Shown: positions 13,651 through 25,188 of the stretch, in pieces
How the letters are laid out: each line of letters opens with the position of its first letter
How positions within the stretch are numbered: the first letter of the stretch is position 1
Assembly (NCBI GenBank): GCA_963575745.1
Contig: CAUYUJ010000308.1
Location: 1 to 64,000, forward strand
Length of the DNA: 64,000 nt
Direction: 5' to 3'
Source of the DNA: Prorocentrum cordatum
Lineage: Eukaryota
The notes under the pieces: model-generated
What the model saw: the letters and a program-made list of their open reading frames with translations, nothing else
What the model was told of the DNA's origin: nothing
Databases searched by the model: none
Made by a program: the position numbers and the translations under genes

Positions 13651-15017
13651 CAGGAACAGGGCGCCATGTTTTTTTGGGTGGAACGTCCGAGAGGAGGAGA
13701 GCGCCGAGGCCGCGGGGTGGTGCGCGAGGCGCGGGGGCGCAAGATGTCGTCGCCGCCGCCGCCGCCGTCGTCGTCGTCGTCGCCGTCGTCGGGCTGCCAC
13801 CTTCTGCCTCGGGGCGCACGTGGCGCGAGCCCGCCAATCTCCGATCCCCCTGGCCTGACTTATGATGTTTCAGCCTGCTAGTACTATTTTCGCCTTGATC
13901 GCCAGAAACAACTTCGAGCACCAAGAAAGTACCGAAGCTTGAAGGTTTCCACGTGTCGGGCCCTGGGAGGCAATACTCGCCCGACATTGTTTCGATACTT
14001 GTCTGGGTGCTCGACATTCTTTCTGGGACGTGGTCCGAGGGGAGCGTGGAGTAATGCACCAAACCTCTGGGGCTGGTAGGAGAAGCAGGTGGACTGGATG
14101 GGCCTCGAGCGAGAACTTTCAATCCATAGGGATAACCTAGGAGGAGGTCGCTTTAGGCAGCCCACACATGGGAGCAACATCAGGCCTGACCCGGGTCCTG
14201 GGAGTCAGGTGGGGCCGACCCTTCTCAGCTGCATCCGCCGGCCTGGGCGTGCGCTGCCCTCGCGGCCAGCCAGGGCTCGAGGCGTGGCCTGGGCTAGGTC
14301 TGGTCTCGAGCAGTGGCGAAGCGTCCTGGCTTGCCTATGGGCCCACCAAGCAGTGCTCTAATGTGGTTCCTACGAGGTGTTCGACGGACATTTCTGGCTG
14401 GGGCTGTCTTGTTTTAGTGCATCGGGTGGATGTTCTAAGAGCATGGTTTGTGTTCTCAGAACATGTTTGGGTTCTAAGAGCACTTCGTGGTAGGCTTATA
14501 GGAGTGCCGGGACGGTCGGTTCCTGCCCAAGGGTCGGCGCCGACCCCAGGTCAGCGCGTCAGGGCTGGACCCAAGCGCTGTTTTGCTGGGCTTCGCCCGT
14601 GTTTTGTTTTTCGTTTCGGCAGGGAGGTGCAGGGAAACAGGCAGAGCGTGACGAAGCACAAAACGAACACAAGACGAAACAGAGCGTCCAGGTCCAGCCC
14701 TGCAGCGCGTCACGACCCCCTTCTGTCGCTTCGTGCGGCGGGGGTGACCGCGGCCTCGCCGAGTGTGCCGCCCCTCCCGCCACCCTCGCTCTCGAGATCC
14801 CTCGCAGGCTCTGCCCTGGTCTCGCAGGCTCCTCCTCCTCCGCCCTCCTCCTGCGGGCCCTGGGCAGAGTGCGTGGGAGCTCTGTCCCCCAGGGTAACAG
14901 ATCCCTTTCTGAGGGGTGCCACTGACCTCCCAGTTTCAGGCTCGCGAGTCTCTTCCCCTTGGGGCTGTCCTAACCTAATCCTCCTCCTCCTCCTCTTCCT
15001 CCTCCTCCTCCTCGCAG

Positions 15018-15108
15018 GCTCTGCGAGAGCCAGCAAGGCGCGGACGCGTTCGCGGACGCGGACGGCCTCGACGCCTTCCTGGCCGTGGCCATGGGCCAGT
15101 CGATGAAG
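15018..15108 (+). CDS. Exon of ARM/HEAT-like host gene (LCESQQGADAFADADGLDAFLAVAMGQSMK)
   Basis: Pyrimidine tract + CAG|G acceptor and AAG|GA donor. Ends phase 0, matching the exon at 16723. Confidence 0.6.
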
Positions 15109-16722
15109 GACCCGCGACTTGCCAACGGCGGCGGCGGCGACGGCAGCAGAGGCAGCGGCAGCGGCATCCACGCACGACTTCAGCTTGGAGGTCGCGACGC
15201 GGCAGCGGCAGCGGCGGCGACGGCAGCAGAGGCAGCGGCAGCGGCATCCACACACGACTTCAGCTTGGAGGTCGCGACGTGGGAGGTCGTGGCCACTGGC
15301 CCACCCGTTGCCGGCCTTTCAGGCTGCGTCCCTGCAGATGCGGGCAGGAGTGACGGGCCGCTCTGGGTTCGGGAGCTTCTGACAAGGGGCCAGCGAATCT
15401 TTCTACAGCACCGCCCACTGCGCTGGCTCAGGTGCGCGACCATTTCTACATCGAGCAGGCTAACAAGACCGCCACAGGCTGGTTTACTGGTATGAGACGA
15501 CCCTTTCTCTGCTTTCGATCAAACAATCGAGGAACAACAACGGACAATTCAGCCGCATGTGTTTGTAATGACCTCACTCTGCCAATGTGCCTGGATTCAA
15601 AGTAAGAGTCATCTCTCTGGGGTTCTGCTGGGGTGTCTCTTGGGAACCTCTTGGGGGCCTCTTCAGACAGGGGAAGGTTTCTGCTTTCGAATTGTGTTGG
15701 CCCTCCGCGGGCAAATGGATCGCGTTGCAGGGCTGGCAGCCGTTGCCATCTTTGCTCGAACGGAGCCTGGGGGAATCGCGGAAGCCGTGGAAATTTGGGC
15801 AGAGACTTGCGGCTTGGCGAGGACTTTTCAAGCGAAAACGTAGATTCTGGTGCTGGGCTTATGAAGAAGTGTAGCGAAAAAGGAACGCAAACTGCAGGAC
15901 ACCTCGAGGAGACCGCCAGGACCTGGGCCAGAAGCCGCCGTTTTTTTGGTAAAGTTGCAGGCGAAAGCTACATTTGCGAGTGTGCCCCGGGATCAGTCTG
16001 CCTTCAGGGCGGGGAGTTTCCCCCCACCCCGCCCGGGAGCCCGCGACCCCGCCCGCCAGACCCGCGCGGCCTCTCGGAAATGTCAGGGGGGCCTCGCCCA
16101 CATCCCTTAGTGTTGACGCCGACGGAAGTCTTCGACATACCACCCCCCACCACTACCATCACCACCACCACCATCACCACCACCACCACGACCACCACCA
16201 CCACCACCACCACCACCACCACCACCACCACCACCACCACCGCCACCGTTATCACTGCCGCAGTCGTTGTCGCCGTGGCCGTAGACGTACGACGTAAATG
16301 TGACACCCTGGCGTTGATGTACGCCCTTGATGCACGACGCAGAGGACGGCAGCATCGATGCATAATCCAACAAACGGGCAGTGATGGTTGTGGCGCTCGT
16401 GGTGGTGGTGGTCGCCGTCGCAGTCGGGCTCCTGTTCGGGGCCTCCCAGGAGGGCGGCGGTGGCGGCGGCGGCCTGATGCAGGCGCTGGCGCAGGCACCA
16501 GGGGTCTACCAACACGCTGTTCTGGCAATCGCCTAGATCGTTTTCGCTTTCTCTTCGTTTTCGTTTCGTTTTCAGTCTAGGGCCCACCAGTGGCCAATCA
16601 CGATTTCGGTTTTGCGCCGAAGCGCTGCTTTTGGGCCGTCGGCCGGTCCGCTCTCGTGTCACAGCGCCTCAACACGACAACGAAGCGACAACGCAGAACG
16701 CTGTTTTGTCGACCCCTGGCAG

Positions 16723-16881
16723 GCACTCATGGCCGATGTGAGCGAGTTCAAGCTCGCCGTCTTCGACACGATCGCCGCGGCGGCACGCTGGCCCACGCTG
16801 CGCGGCCGTGTCGCGGGCTCGGGCGTGCTGGGCGTTCTGACGGCCATGCTCCTCGCTCCGCGGCACCCGCCACCGGTCAAG
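16723..16881 (+). CDS. Exon of ARM/HEAT-like host gene (ALMADVSEFKLAVFD...APRHPPPVK)
   Basis: CAG|G acceptor, AAG|GT donor, 159 nt, phase 0-0, GC3-rich codons. Confidence 0.7.
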
Positions 16882-17497
16882 GTCTGGGCCGCTTGAAGCC
16901 CGGGGGCAGAGCCAGTGTATGGGGCTGCGCTCCCAGCTCCCGATGGTCAGAGGAAGAAGAGGCACGCATACCGCTACCCTTCCAAACGCTCGACCTCCAC
17001 CTCACGACCTCGGGTCCTAGCCGTCAGAGTCCCAGCTCCCAACTTCGGACATCCAGCATTCGACACCGACTCACCATGCAACCTCCGACATCGAAACTGC
17101 AGCATGCGTGTTCAGCCTCCGCTGCACACAGCACTGACGGCGATTCGCTGCAAGCACGCGCGTGCTGTCGACAACCGGCAGATGTCTATCGCGAGCTCCC
17201 GCAGATGCCGTCTATACACCACCACCGCGCCCAGCCAGGGCCACGCCAGGCTCCACGATGGCGTATAGTCAGGAGGGAAAGAAACACACAGATACAATTA
17301 ATCCTCGATTCCCGAGAAAATAGTGGAAAATATGGGTTGTGGGGAGGAAGACAGAAACCCAGAAGATATGGGAAAATATGGGGAATCTTTTTATTTGTGT
17401 GTATTTATTTGTGTGTCCTGGGGCCCCTTCATATAGATCTTTCTGGCCTCGGCCAGGAGGCGTATACACCATGCCAGGGCCCAGGATTGCCCTGGCC

Positions 17498-17644
17498 TTA
17501 GGTCGGGCATGTCCTCCTACAGGCGGATTTTCGACGACAAATAATGCGTAGTCAAAAATAGACAACACTAGTCTACAGAATCGTCGCCATACCATTTTGG
17601 ACTATTCTTGAATCTTCCTCCTGTAGAGGGACAGGCCTGACTAA
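17498..17644. mobile_element. hAT-type MITE with 8-bp TSD CCCTGGCC
   Basis: TIRs TTAGGTCGGGCATGTCCTCCTACAGG / CCTGTAGAGGGACAGGCCTGACTAA. CCCTGGCC at 17490-17497 and 17645-17652. Confidence 0.75.
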
Positions 17645-18854
17645 CCCTGGCCAGGAAGGGTAATGGTGTATAGATGCCTTCTGCGTATTCGAATCGCTGT
17701 GGGATGCTAAAACACGGACAACCTGAACCGATGGGGTCCTGCCCCACCGCGCAGGCCCCGAAGGGCCCCGCCGCCAGCGGTGCCTCGCGCCTCGCCTCGC
17801 GCCTCGCCTCGCCTCGCCCCCTCCTGTTGGGGCCTCCTGGGAGCCCTCGTCGCCATCACCTCGACTCGCCTCGGGATTCCGGTCAGAACGCCGGGAGGCC
17901 ACATGGGAGCCCTGCCCCACCACCCCACGACTTCCAAGGGGGGAGGTGGGGTTCACTTCGTTCGGGGCCTCCTGAGCGAAGTGAACCCCCCCCCCCCCCC
18001 CGAGAAGTCGTGGGGTGGTGGGGCAGGGTTCCCATGTGTTCTCCCGAACGCACCCCGGGAGAGGTCCAGGGATGAGCGGCACGGGTGCCTTGTGGTCTGC
18101 CCAAATGGGGGCGGGGGAGGGGCGGCCCGGGTCGGGCGAGGCAGGGGGGCTTCTTCCTGCGTTCTTCTCCCCCCCCGCCCCTTCAGGCGATCGCAAGCGT
18201 GACTCAAGGGGGCGTGGGTCAGTGTCGTTTAACCGATCCCTACCCCCATTCCCACCCCTATCCCGATCCCCACCATCCCACCACCCCAGTTGGGGATATG
18301 CCCCTCGAAGCCCGAAGGGAACCGCCTATATCCCTACATCGGGGGTACATCGGCCAGTGGGACCCAGGCCACGCCAGTGGGGATAGGGACGGTTAAACGA
18401 TGCTCAGCGGATTAGCAACGGGTCCCGTTTCCATGGGACATCGCAGTCTTCCGCCGCCGAACGAGGCGGCATTGGCAGCTTTTTGGGGCGAGCACCTCCC
18501 CCAATCCATGGATTTGGCGACCGCGCGCCAAATCCATGGATCGCTGACCCATGGATCGCTAATCCATGCTTTCCTCCATTTTGGATTGCTGTTGAGCGCA
18601 CTTTGAGTACTTTTGCTTTTTTTTCCTCCCAAAGCACGCCTGCGGGAGGACATGCCCGACCTGCGACCAGGCCTCTGTGCGCCACTCCAGGGGCACGCTT
18701 TGGCCCTCGGCTCAACTTATTTGCAGCCGCGGGGCCGATATGTTTCCAAGGGACTCCGTATCATTGGCATTCTCTACTCCTGCCCGAGCCCGGGGCCATC
18801 GCCGATTTTCGGGGGGGGGGGAAGAAACGCTTTGGCTCTCGGCCCGCCCGCAAG

Positions 18855-18998
18855 GCCCTCATGGCGCGCCTCTGCGGCCTGCTGGGGGTGGACGCCCCGG
18901 AGGCTGCGAGCCAGGGCGGCCCGCGCCGGGCCGAGGAGTTCGCAAAGCTGCGCAAGCAGCTGGTGCACTCCAACGCGCTGGCCGCCCTCGTCGCCCAG
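18855..18998 (+). CDS. Exon of ARM/HEAT-like host gene (ALMARLCGLLGVD...HSNALAALVAQ)
   Basis: AAG|G acceptor, CAG|GC donor, 144 nt, phase 0-0. Confidence 0.7.
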
Positions 18999-19227
18999 GC
19001 GGGACGGCGGGAGAAGGAGGAGGAGGAGCAGGAGCAGGAGCAGGAGCAGGAACAGGAGCAGGAGGAGGAGGAGGGAAAGGAGGCGGAGTATGAGGAAGAG
19101 GAGAAGGAGGAGGGGGAGGAGGAGGAGGAGGAGGAGGAGGAGGAGGAGGAGGAGGAGGAGGCGGAGGAGGAGGAGGAGGGAGGAGGAGGAGGCGGAGGAG
19201 GAGGAGGAGGCGGAGGAGGAGGAGGTC

Positions 19228-20010
19228 CGGTGCACACCCAAGACCTCATCAACGATGGGAATACACCCTCGCTCCAAGCTCCCTCTTCATAGGCCCCAGC
19301 CAGTGTTCATCTCCACTGAGGGAAGTGGAGATTGGGAGACAAACGTTTGAAGATCCTGAAGCGTGCCCAAACATAATTCTCGGGACTCCAACGCCACGAC
19401 TCGACTTGACTGTTGCGTCTTGACGATCTTGAACCGTGCCAGAACACCAATTCTGGCACTTCAGCACTGCGAATCAACGTGACTGTTGCGCCCTGACAGT
19501 CCTGGAAAGCTCCAAAACTGTATTTCTGGTACGTTGGCCGTGGAAATCTATGAATCTTCTGCAAATGGTTAAGGCAAATGTGCGCGCCGTTCAGGCGAGA
19601 GCCACATTTTGAAAAGGAGCCGCCCTCAATCCGTGAAGCTGATGCAATGCAAATGTTTAAGACGAGTGTGCGCGGCGCTAGGGCGAGAGCCACATTTTGA
19701 ACACGACCCGCCCTCAATCCGTGAAACTCTTAGCGAATTTGAAGACGAGTGTGCGCGGCGCGAAGGCGACAGCCGCAATTTGAAACCGACCAGCCTTCAA
19801 TCCGTGAAGTTCTTGCAGTTGTTTAAGGCGAGTGTTCGCGGCGCTAAGGCGAGAGCCGCATTTTGAAAGCGTCTCCCCCTCCATCAGTCAAGCGGTTGCC
19901 AAATTTCAAGCTTCAGGGTCATGAATGGTGAGGAATTCTCACGCGAAGCGCCTGGCCCGACCTTCCGCCCGGCCTCGGGGTGCGACAGGCAGGAGTTATT
20001 TAGAAGGACA
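19228..20010 (+). mobile_element. ~780-bp dispersed element with internal ~85-bp subrepeats; copy at 48170-48952, partial at ~43290-43920
   Basis: Shared start (ACCCAAGA..TCATCAACGAT...CTCTTCATAGGCCCC), repeated GGCGAGAGCCACATTTTGAAA..GCCCTCAATCCGTGAA, shared end GGGGTGCGACAGG. Confidence 0.8.
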
Positions 20011-20133
20011 AGGAATTGTGGAGGAGGGAGGAGGACGGCGAGGAGGAGGAGGACGGCGAGGAGGAGGGAGATGAGGAGGAGGAGGAGGATGAGGAGGGGG
20101 ATTAGGCCGCCGCCGCCGCCAACGCCAACGCCA

Positions 20134-20192
<59 letters not shown>

Positions 20193-20193
20193 C

Positions 20194-20240
<47 letters not shown>

Positions 20241-20308
20241 CTGTGCGCCGCCGCCGAGGGGCCGCCGAACAGGCCGCGGCCCTGGCCGGCCTCGCCGCCA
20301 CTCCCCAG

Positions 20309-20389
20309 GCGCGGCCGGGCGCCGACCCCGAGGCGGCGGCCGCAGCCGCGGGCGCGCTGGCCGCCCTGGGCGGGAGCGAGAGCGATGAG
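20309..20389 (+). CDS. Exon of ARM/HEAT-like host gene (ARPGADPEAAAAAAGALAALGGSESDE)
   Basis: CAG|G acceptor, GAG|GC donor, 81 nt, phase 0-0. With the previous exon it reads as an ARM-like ALAALV...DPEA..AAAGALAAL unit. Confidence 0.65.
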
Positions 20390-21950
20390 GCTCTGCGGCC
20401 ACCCGCGAGCCTTTGCGGTTGGACCGAGGTATGAGATCGAGGTCGGTTCGGGAAGGGTACGGTGGGGCGCGCCTCAAGACACAATTCTGCCTTTCGTCCG
20501 GGTATCCTGGGCTTCTTCGCTCCGCGCGCTGGGCGGTGACTTCCCGCAGCCGTTGAAGAAGCTGCTGTGTGCAGGGTGCTCCTGGTTTCCCCTCCGGTGC
20601 ACCTCGCGCGCGGATGTTCATGCTTGGGTTTCTTGCGCGGGTTTTTTGCGGCCGCGCCCGCACGGTAAGATCGAGGTCGTGTTCGGCAAGGGTACCTGTT
20701 TCGTGTTCGGCGCATGCTCTTGTGCATCCTGGGGAGGGCACCCTTGGATGTTCTGTGTGTTTTGGCTGGCGGAGGGCCTCGTGCTCTTGAAGACTATGTT
20801 GCTATCCTTGGTCCCGTGGCACCCCCTGCGGGTCCAGTCGACGTCGGAGAGCACCGGGCACCCCCGCTGCGGTGCACCCGAGCGACGAAATACACGAGTT
20901 CCGCTGCGCCGACATGCGCGCGCGAGCTGCTCGCGTAAGGTCGTGCGTAAGCGCCCTCGCCTCCACTGTGGATCACCACCCGCCAAACCACCCCAACCCA
21001 ACCCGAAGGCCTCAATTTATCCTCGATTTCCAGTGGGGGGGGGGTCGGGGAACGTTGAGAAAACACATGGAATCCGTACCCCCCCCAACCCGAAATTCGG
21101 GTCAAATTCGGGTCTTCGGGTTGGGTTGGGGTGGTCTGGTAGGTAGTCAGGAGTGCCGCGCTGGCGGCCCGCGAAAGCCGAAGCGTAAGGTCGCTGTGTC
21201 ATCTCGCGTAAGACCCCTTGCGTCGCGTCGCTCACCTGGCTGCAGACATCTGTCAAATTCTGAAACCCAGGACCCGGGCGGCTTTTCAGAAGTCGGACCT
21301 GCAGGTGTACGGTAGGTTCGCGTCGTGTCAACTGGCGGCGACCCCGCCGCCAGCGTTCAACGTTGAGTGTCGCTGGCGACCTAGAATCGGTTGATGTTGA
21401 ACGATAGGACGTTTCGGAAATGGCTGAAGCCTTCAAGGTTGAACGATCCCCGCGGTGTCAAGAACCAACGCCGAATTCGGCACGACACGAACCCGCCGTA
21501 CGCTCGTGCAGTCTCTTTTTCCCTGACCTTGCGGAGGGGTTCCCGTTTAGTGTTCCCCTGGGGGGGGGTCTGGGAGGGACCCCCCAGGACATGGCCCCCG
21601 CCACGGGCGGAACGCCGTCGGAAGCTGACGGAAGACGGCTGCTGTCGGCCCCAGTTCGGCAGACGCGTTTCCGGGCCACACGATGGTCCGCAAGATGGTC
21701 CAATGGGGCCATGAATCGCCGCAAGATCGGTCCAAAACGCCCGAGATGGCTTCAAGATGGATGTTCCAGGAAGCCTCCAAGAGGCCTCCGGGAGGGAGGC
21801 CTCCAAGAGGCCCCCCAAGAGAGCTCGAAGAGTCAACATTCACGTGCTTCCCTCCCGTGTTTGAAGGTTTGTCGCGTTTTCGCCTTGTCGACTTCCCGAC
21901 TCTCCAAGACGGCCCAAGAGGCCCTAAAGATCGCCCCAAAACGGCCCCCA

Positions 21951-21972
21951 ACCGTAGCCATTGTGGCTTAAG
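21951..21972 (+). other. Dinoflagellate spliced-leader (DinoSL) relic, full length
   Basis: ACCGTAGCCATTGTGGCTTAAG matches DCCGTAGCCATTTTGGCTCAAG at 20/22. It ends 82 nt before the first downstream ATG of an intronless ORF. Confidence 0.93.
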
Positions 21973-22054
21973 CACAGAAGCGTTCATCAGGTCGAGGTGT
22001 GCCAGTGTGGCCAGTCTTGCAGATCCGAGCTCTGCAGGATCTGCCCTGCTGCAG

Positions 22055-24241
22055 ATGACAATGAGCCAAGGCTACCAGTCAATGAGCCATATTGGCAAGT
22101 ACACGCACAAAGCGTTTGCGGGGATCGTGGTGGCTCTGTCGCTTGCATACGTCGTGATGGTTGTGGTCGAAGGGGGGAGGGGTGTGTACAAGGAGTGTGT
22201 TTTGGTCGAGAGCCACGAGGCGATCACTCGTCATCTGAGCAAGGAGGACTTTGCGCAGTACTCTTTTGGCAACTCGATCATCACCCTCGCCGCTTTCTTA
22301 CCGACAGCGCCTGTGGCCACCTGCCTGCTCGCATTCGCTGCAACGCCTTACCTGCGCCGAGTGTCCGAGTACGCCTTGGTCTTGTGGGCGAGCAAGTGGA
22401 TGCATGTGGTCTCCAACCTGCTGGAGTGCTCCGGCTGGTCTTACTGGATTGTGATGGTGCCTGGCTACCTCTTCCTGCTGTTGTACATCACCTCCTTCGT
22501 CATGTTCCTCGTGCTTCTACTGCGCCAAGTCAGAGCCCTGGAGGACAGCTCCTTCTTGGACCTTGGCTCGTCGCGCCTGCGTTCGGCTCTGAGGCGCTTG
22601 TCGGCAGCCCTCGTCTTCACCGCGCTGGTAGCCATGTCTTGGAATTCGGGCCTCTGGGGAGACCAGGGCGAGCATCCGATGAGAGTGGTCACTTCGATGC
22701 TCGCCTGGGCGTGCCTCGCTCAGATCCTCCACGTCTCGCTGCTTCCGATCCTGGCGATCCGACGAGTGCGGAGGCTGGCTTCAGCCGCGCTGGCGTCGGA
22801 GAGCGCCAGGGCGCTCGAGGAAGCCAGGCAGGCTCCGAAATTTCTCAGGCTCCAGCAGCTCGGTGTCGCCACCAGCCTGGCCACCTCCCTCGTCTGGCTC
22901 GCCCTGTGGATCTGGTCCTACGGGGCCCTCTGGCAGCTGCCCGAAGCGAGCGAGGAGGCGAGGACGCCACTGCTCGTGCTCGCCGTGTCGCAGCTGCCTG
23001 GGATGGTGGACACGATCTTCAACTCGCTGGCGAGCCTTGCGATCAGCGGAGCGTTCTTCGGCGCCCTGAGCGGTGGGAGGGCGTTGCTCAAAGGCGAGGC
23101 AGCGCGCTTCGAGAAGTGGACGAAGGCTGCGAAGGAGTGGTCTTCTCATCCGGATGCCGACTGGCAGGCAAAGGTTGTAGAGATGGCTGGCCGAGGGGTA
23201 TCTCTACAAGCCCTGCTCGGTTTCTATCGCCGCCTGGGCAACGACCTGATGCCTGGCTTCGACCCCTCGCGCCACACCACGCATGACGTGGTGTTCCGAG
23301 CGATCATCCCTGAATCGAGCCATCATCGGAAATCCATGGCGCAGGTCATGATGGAGGACAAGCGTGCAGAACCCGAGAGGATGGTTACCCATAATTGGCA
23401 GAATTTGTTCTCGGACTTGATTTCTGCAATCGTCGCAGACGCACTGGGCGAAAAGGAATACTGCAGGGTGTCTCACTTGCTTCTCAATGACGTCGACACT
23501 ATCGAGAGCTGGATCGATTATGTTGGCGTCGGTCAGCGCACCTACTGGGTATGCGCCTTTTCCGTCAACCAGCACACATCCACCTGCGAAAACACCTTAG
23601 GGTTGGAGGACTCCGTGACAGGCGAGAAGTATCCCGCTTGTAAATGTGGGCTGCCCAAGGCATTCAACAAGACCCCACCGCTGTCCAGCGAGGGACAAAG
23701 CATCGAGTGCGAGATGAACAAGTTCGACCCCATGGTCAAGACCCTCTCGGCCAGGAACAGGAACTTCTCGCAGCTTGTTGCGGTGGACAGGCGCTTCGAG
23801 GTGTTCAACCGAGCGTGGTGCGTCGCCGAGATTGCGGCATCGAACTCCATGGGAATGGACCAGAGGTTGCAGCTCCCATCGCGACGGATACTCCAGGAGA
23901 ACCTGCACATGCTCTCCCGTCTGGAGATCTGCCGCATGGGGGCCAGCAGGCCCGAGGACAAGGAAGAGATTCTGCGCCACATCTCGGACCACGAGGCCTT
24001 CGACAGGAGGCTGAGGGACATGCTGCTGGTCCAGCTGCTACCCTCGTGGTCCACGCTGGACTCGTGGGACCACATGTTCTTGGCAGGCCGGGTCGTTCGC
24101 TGGCAGGTCGTTGCCTGCAGGCTGTCCAGCACGGTGTGGGATCCGGACCTCGAGCGCCAGAAGACTGTTGGCGTGCCGGGCCGTCTGGATGATACCGGCA
24201 CGATGTGCCAGCCCTCAGGCCGGCGCGTGCCCAAAAATTAG
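22055..24241 (+). CDS. Intronless retrogene, 728 aa: ~8 TM helices + C-terminal TIR/HET-like domain
   Basis: The only long non-repetitive ORF; the first ATG after the SL relic is in frame. Hydrophobic segments span ~22115-23070. Motifs MVTHNW (23381), YWVCAFSVNQH (23543), FNRAWCVAEI (Glu codon 23828), ASRPEDKEEIL. Confidence 0.9.
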   Translation: MTMSQGYQSMSHIGKYTHKAFAGIVVALSLAYVVMVVVEGGRGVYKECVLVESHEAITRHLSKEDFAQYSFGNSIITLAAFLPTAPVATCLLAFAATPYLRRVSEYALVLWASKWMHVVSNLLECSGWSYWIVMVPGYLFLLLYITSFVMFLVLLLRQVRALEDSSFLDLGSSRLRSALRRLSAALVFTALVAMSWNSGLWGDQGEHPMRVVTSMLAWACLAQILHVSLLPILAIRRVRRLASAALASESARALEEARQAPKFLRLQQLGVATSLATSLVWLALWIWSYGALWQLPEASEEARTPLLVLAVSQLPGMVDTIFNSLASLAISGAFFGALSGGRALLKGEAARFEKWTKAAKEWSSHPDADWQAKVVEMAGRGVSLQALLGFYRRLGNDLMPGFDPSRHTTHDVVFRAIIPESSHHRKSMAQVMMEDKRAEPERMVTHNWQNLFSDLISAIVADALGEKEYCRVSHLLLNDVDTIESWIDYVGVGQRTYWVCAFSVNQHTSTCENTLGLEDSVTGEKYPACKCGLPKAFNKTPPLSSEGQSIECEMNKFDPMVKTLSARNRNFSQLVAVDRRFEVFNRAWCVAEIAASNSMGMDQRLQLPSRRILQENLHMLSRLEICRMGASRPEDKEEILRHISDHEAFDRRLRDMLLVQLLPSWSTLDSWDHMFLAGRVVRWQVVACRLSSTVWDPDLERQKTVGVPGRLDDTGTMCQPSGRRVPKN

Positions 24242-25188
24242 TCGACCCCGATCGATCTGTGAGGATCCCGGGGCCCCATGCCGTGTGGTGTGGTAGTTGT
24301 CGATCGCCTCCTCGGGGGTGGCGCCGCAGTGCCCTGTGCGCATGATGATGTGGTCCTCCTCAGGGGCGCCGCCGTCGTGCCTTGTGCCGAGTGCCATCTG
24401 GATATGAGCCATCTGGACCTGTGCGCTCGTGGTGGGTGCCTGCTCGAATCCGTTGACCAATGGCAGTGTGGCTCGTTGTCGTGCTGCCTTCGCTCTCCAG
24501 CCCACAGGGGCAGGATCTTGCCATCAGTCGGGCATCGACTTGTATCGTCGCGCTTATCTGGCTGCTTCTATGTCTTGAGATCTAGACTATGTGGACTTTC
24601 TCCCCGATCTTGCGGAGGGGTTCCCGTTGTGTGTTCCCTTGGGGGGGTCCCCCCCTGGGGCATGGACATGGCTCGGGCCACGGGCAGAACGCCGGCGGAC
24701 GCCAGCGGAAAACGGCTGCAATCAGCCCCATTTCGGCAGACGCGCTTCCCGGCGGCACGGACGGCCCCACGATGGGCCTCAAGATGTTCCAAGAAGGCCA
24801 CGAGTCACCGAAAGATCGCTCCAGACCGTTCAAGATGGCCTCCAGACGGCGCAGAAAGCCTCCAAGACGCCCCGGGAGGCCTCCAAGAGGCCCCCCACGG
24901 AAGGAGAACGGAAGATTCTCAAGTGGCGGTCTGGGAGCCCCAATTTTCTAATTTCACACTCTCGCCTCGGCGCCGCGCACACTTTTTCAAAAGCGGCATA
25001 CTCGCCTCGACGCTGCGCACATTTCTGTGAAGCGGACTGGTAGAGGTTCGAGCCCCAGGAGGGAGGGGAGTGACGGAGAGGGAGAGAGGGAGGAACCGTC
25101 CACGCCACCTGTGGTGGCGCATGTGGGGGGATGCATGGGCGGGGGTGGGTGGGTGGGGTGGGGGGAAATGTTGACAACATGTTCAACC

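Noticed and set aside
21951..21972. SL RNA gene
   Set aside because: The leader is followed by mRNA-like sequence (CACAG...), not the GT donor and short SL intron expected of an SL RNA gene.
21683..22054. N-terminal 124 aa of the 852-aa ORF
   Set aside because: It translates repeat DNA, the SL relic and the 5' UTR. The first ATG after the SL is 22055.
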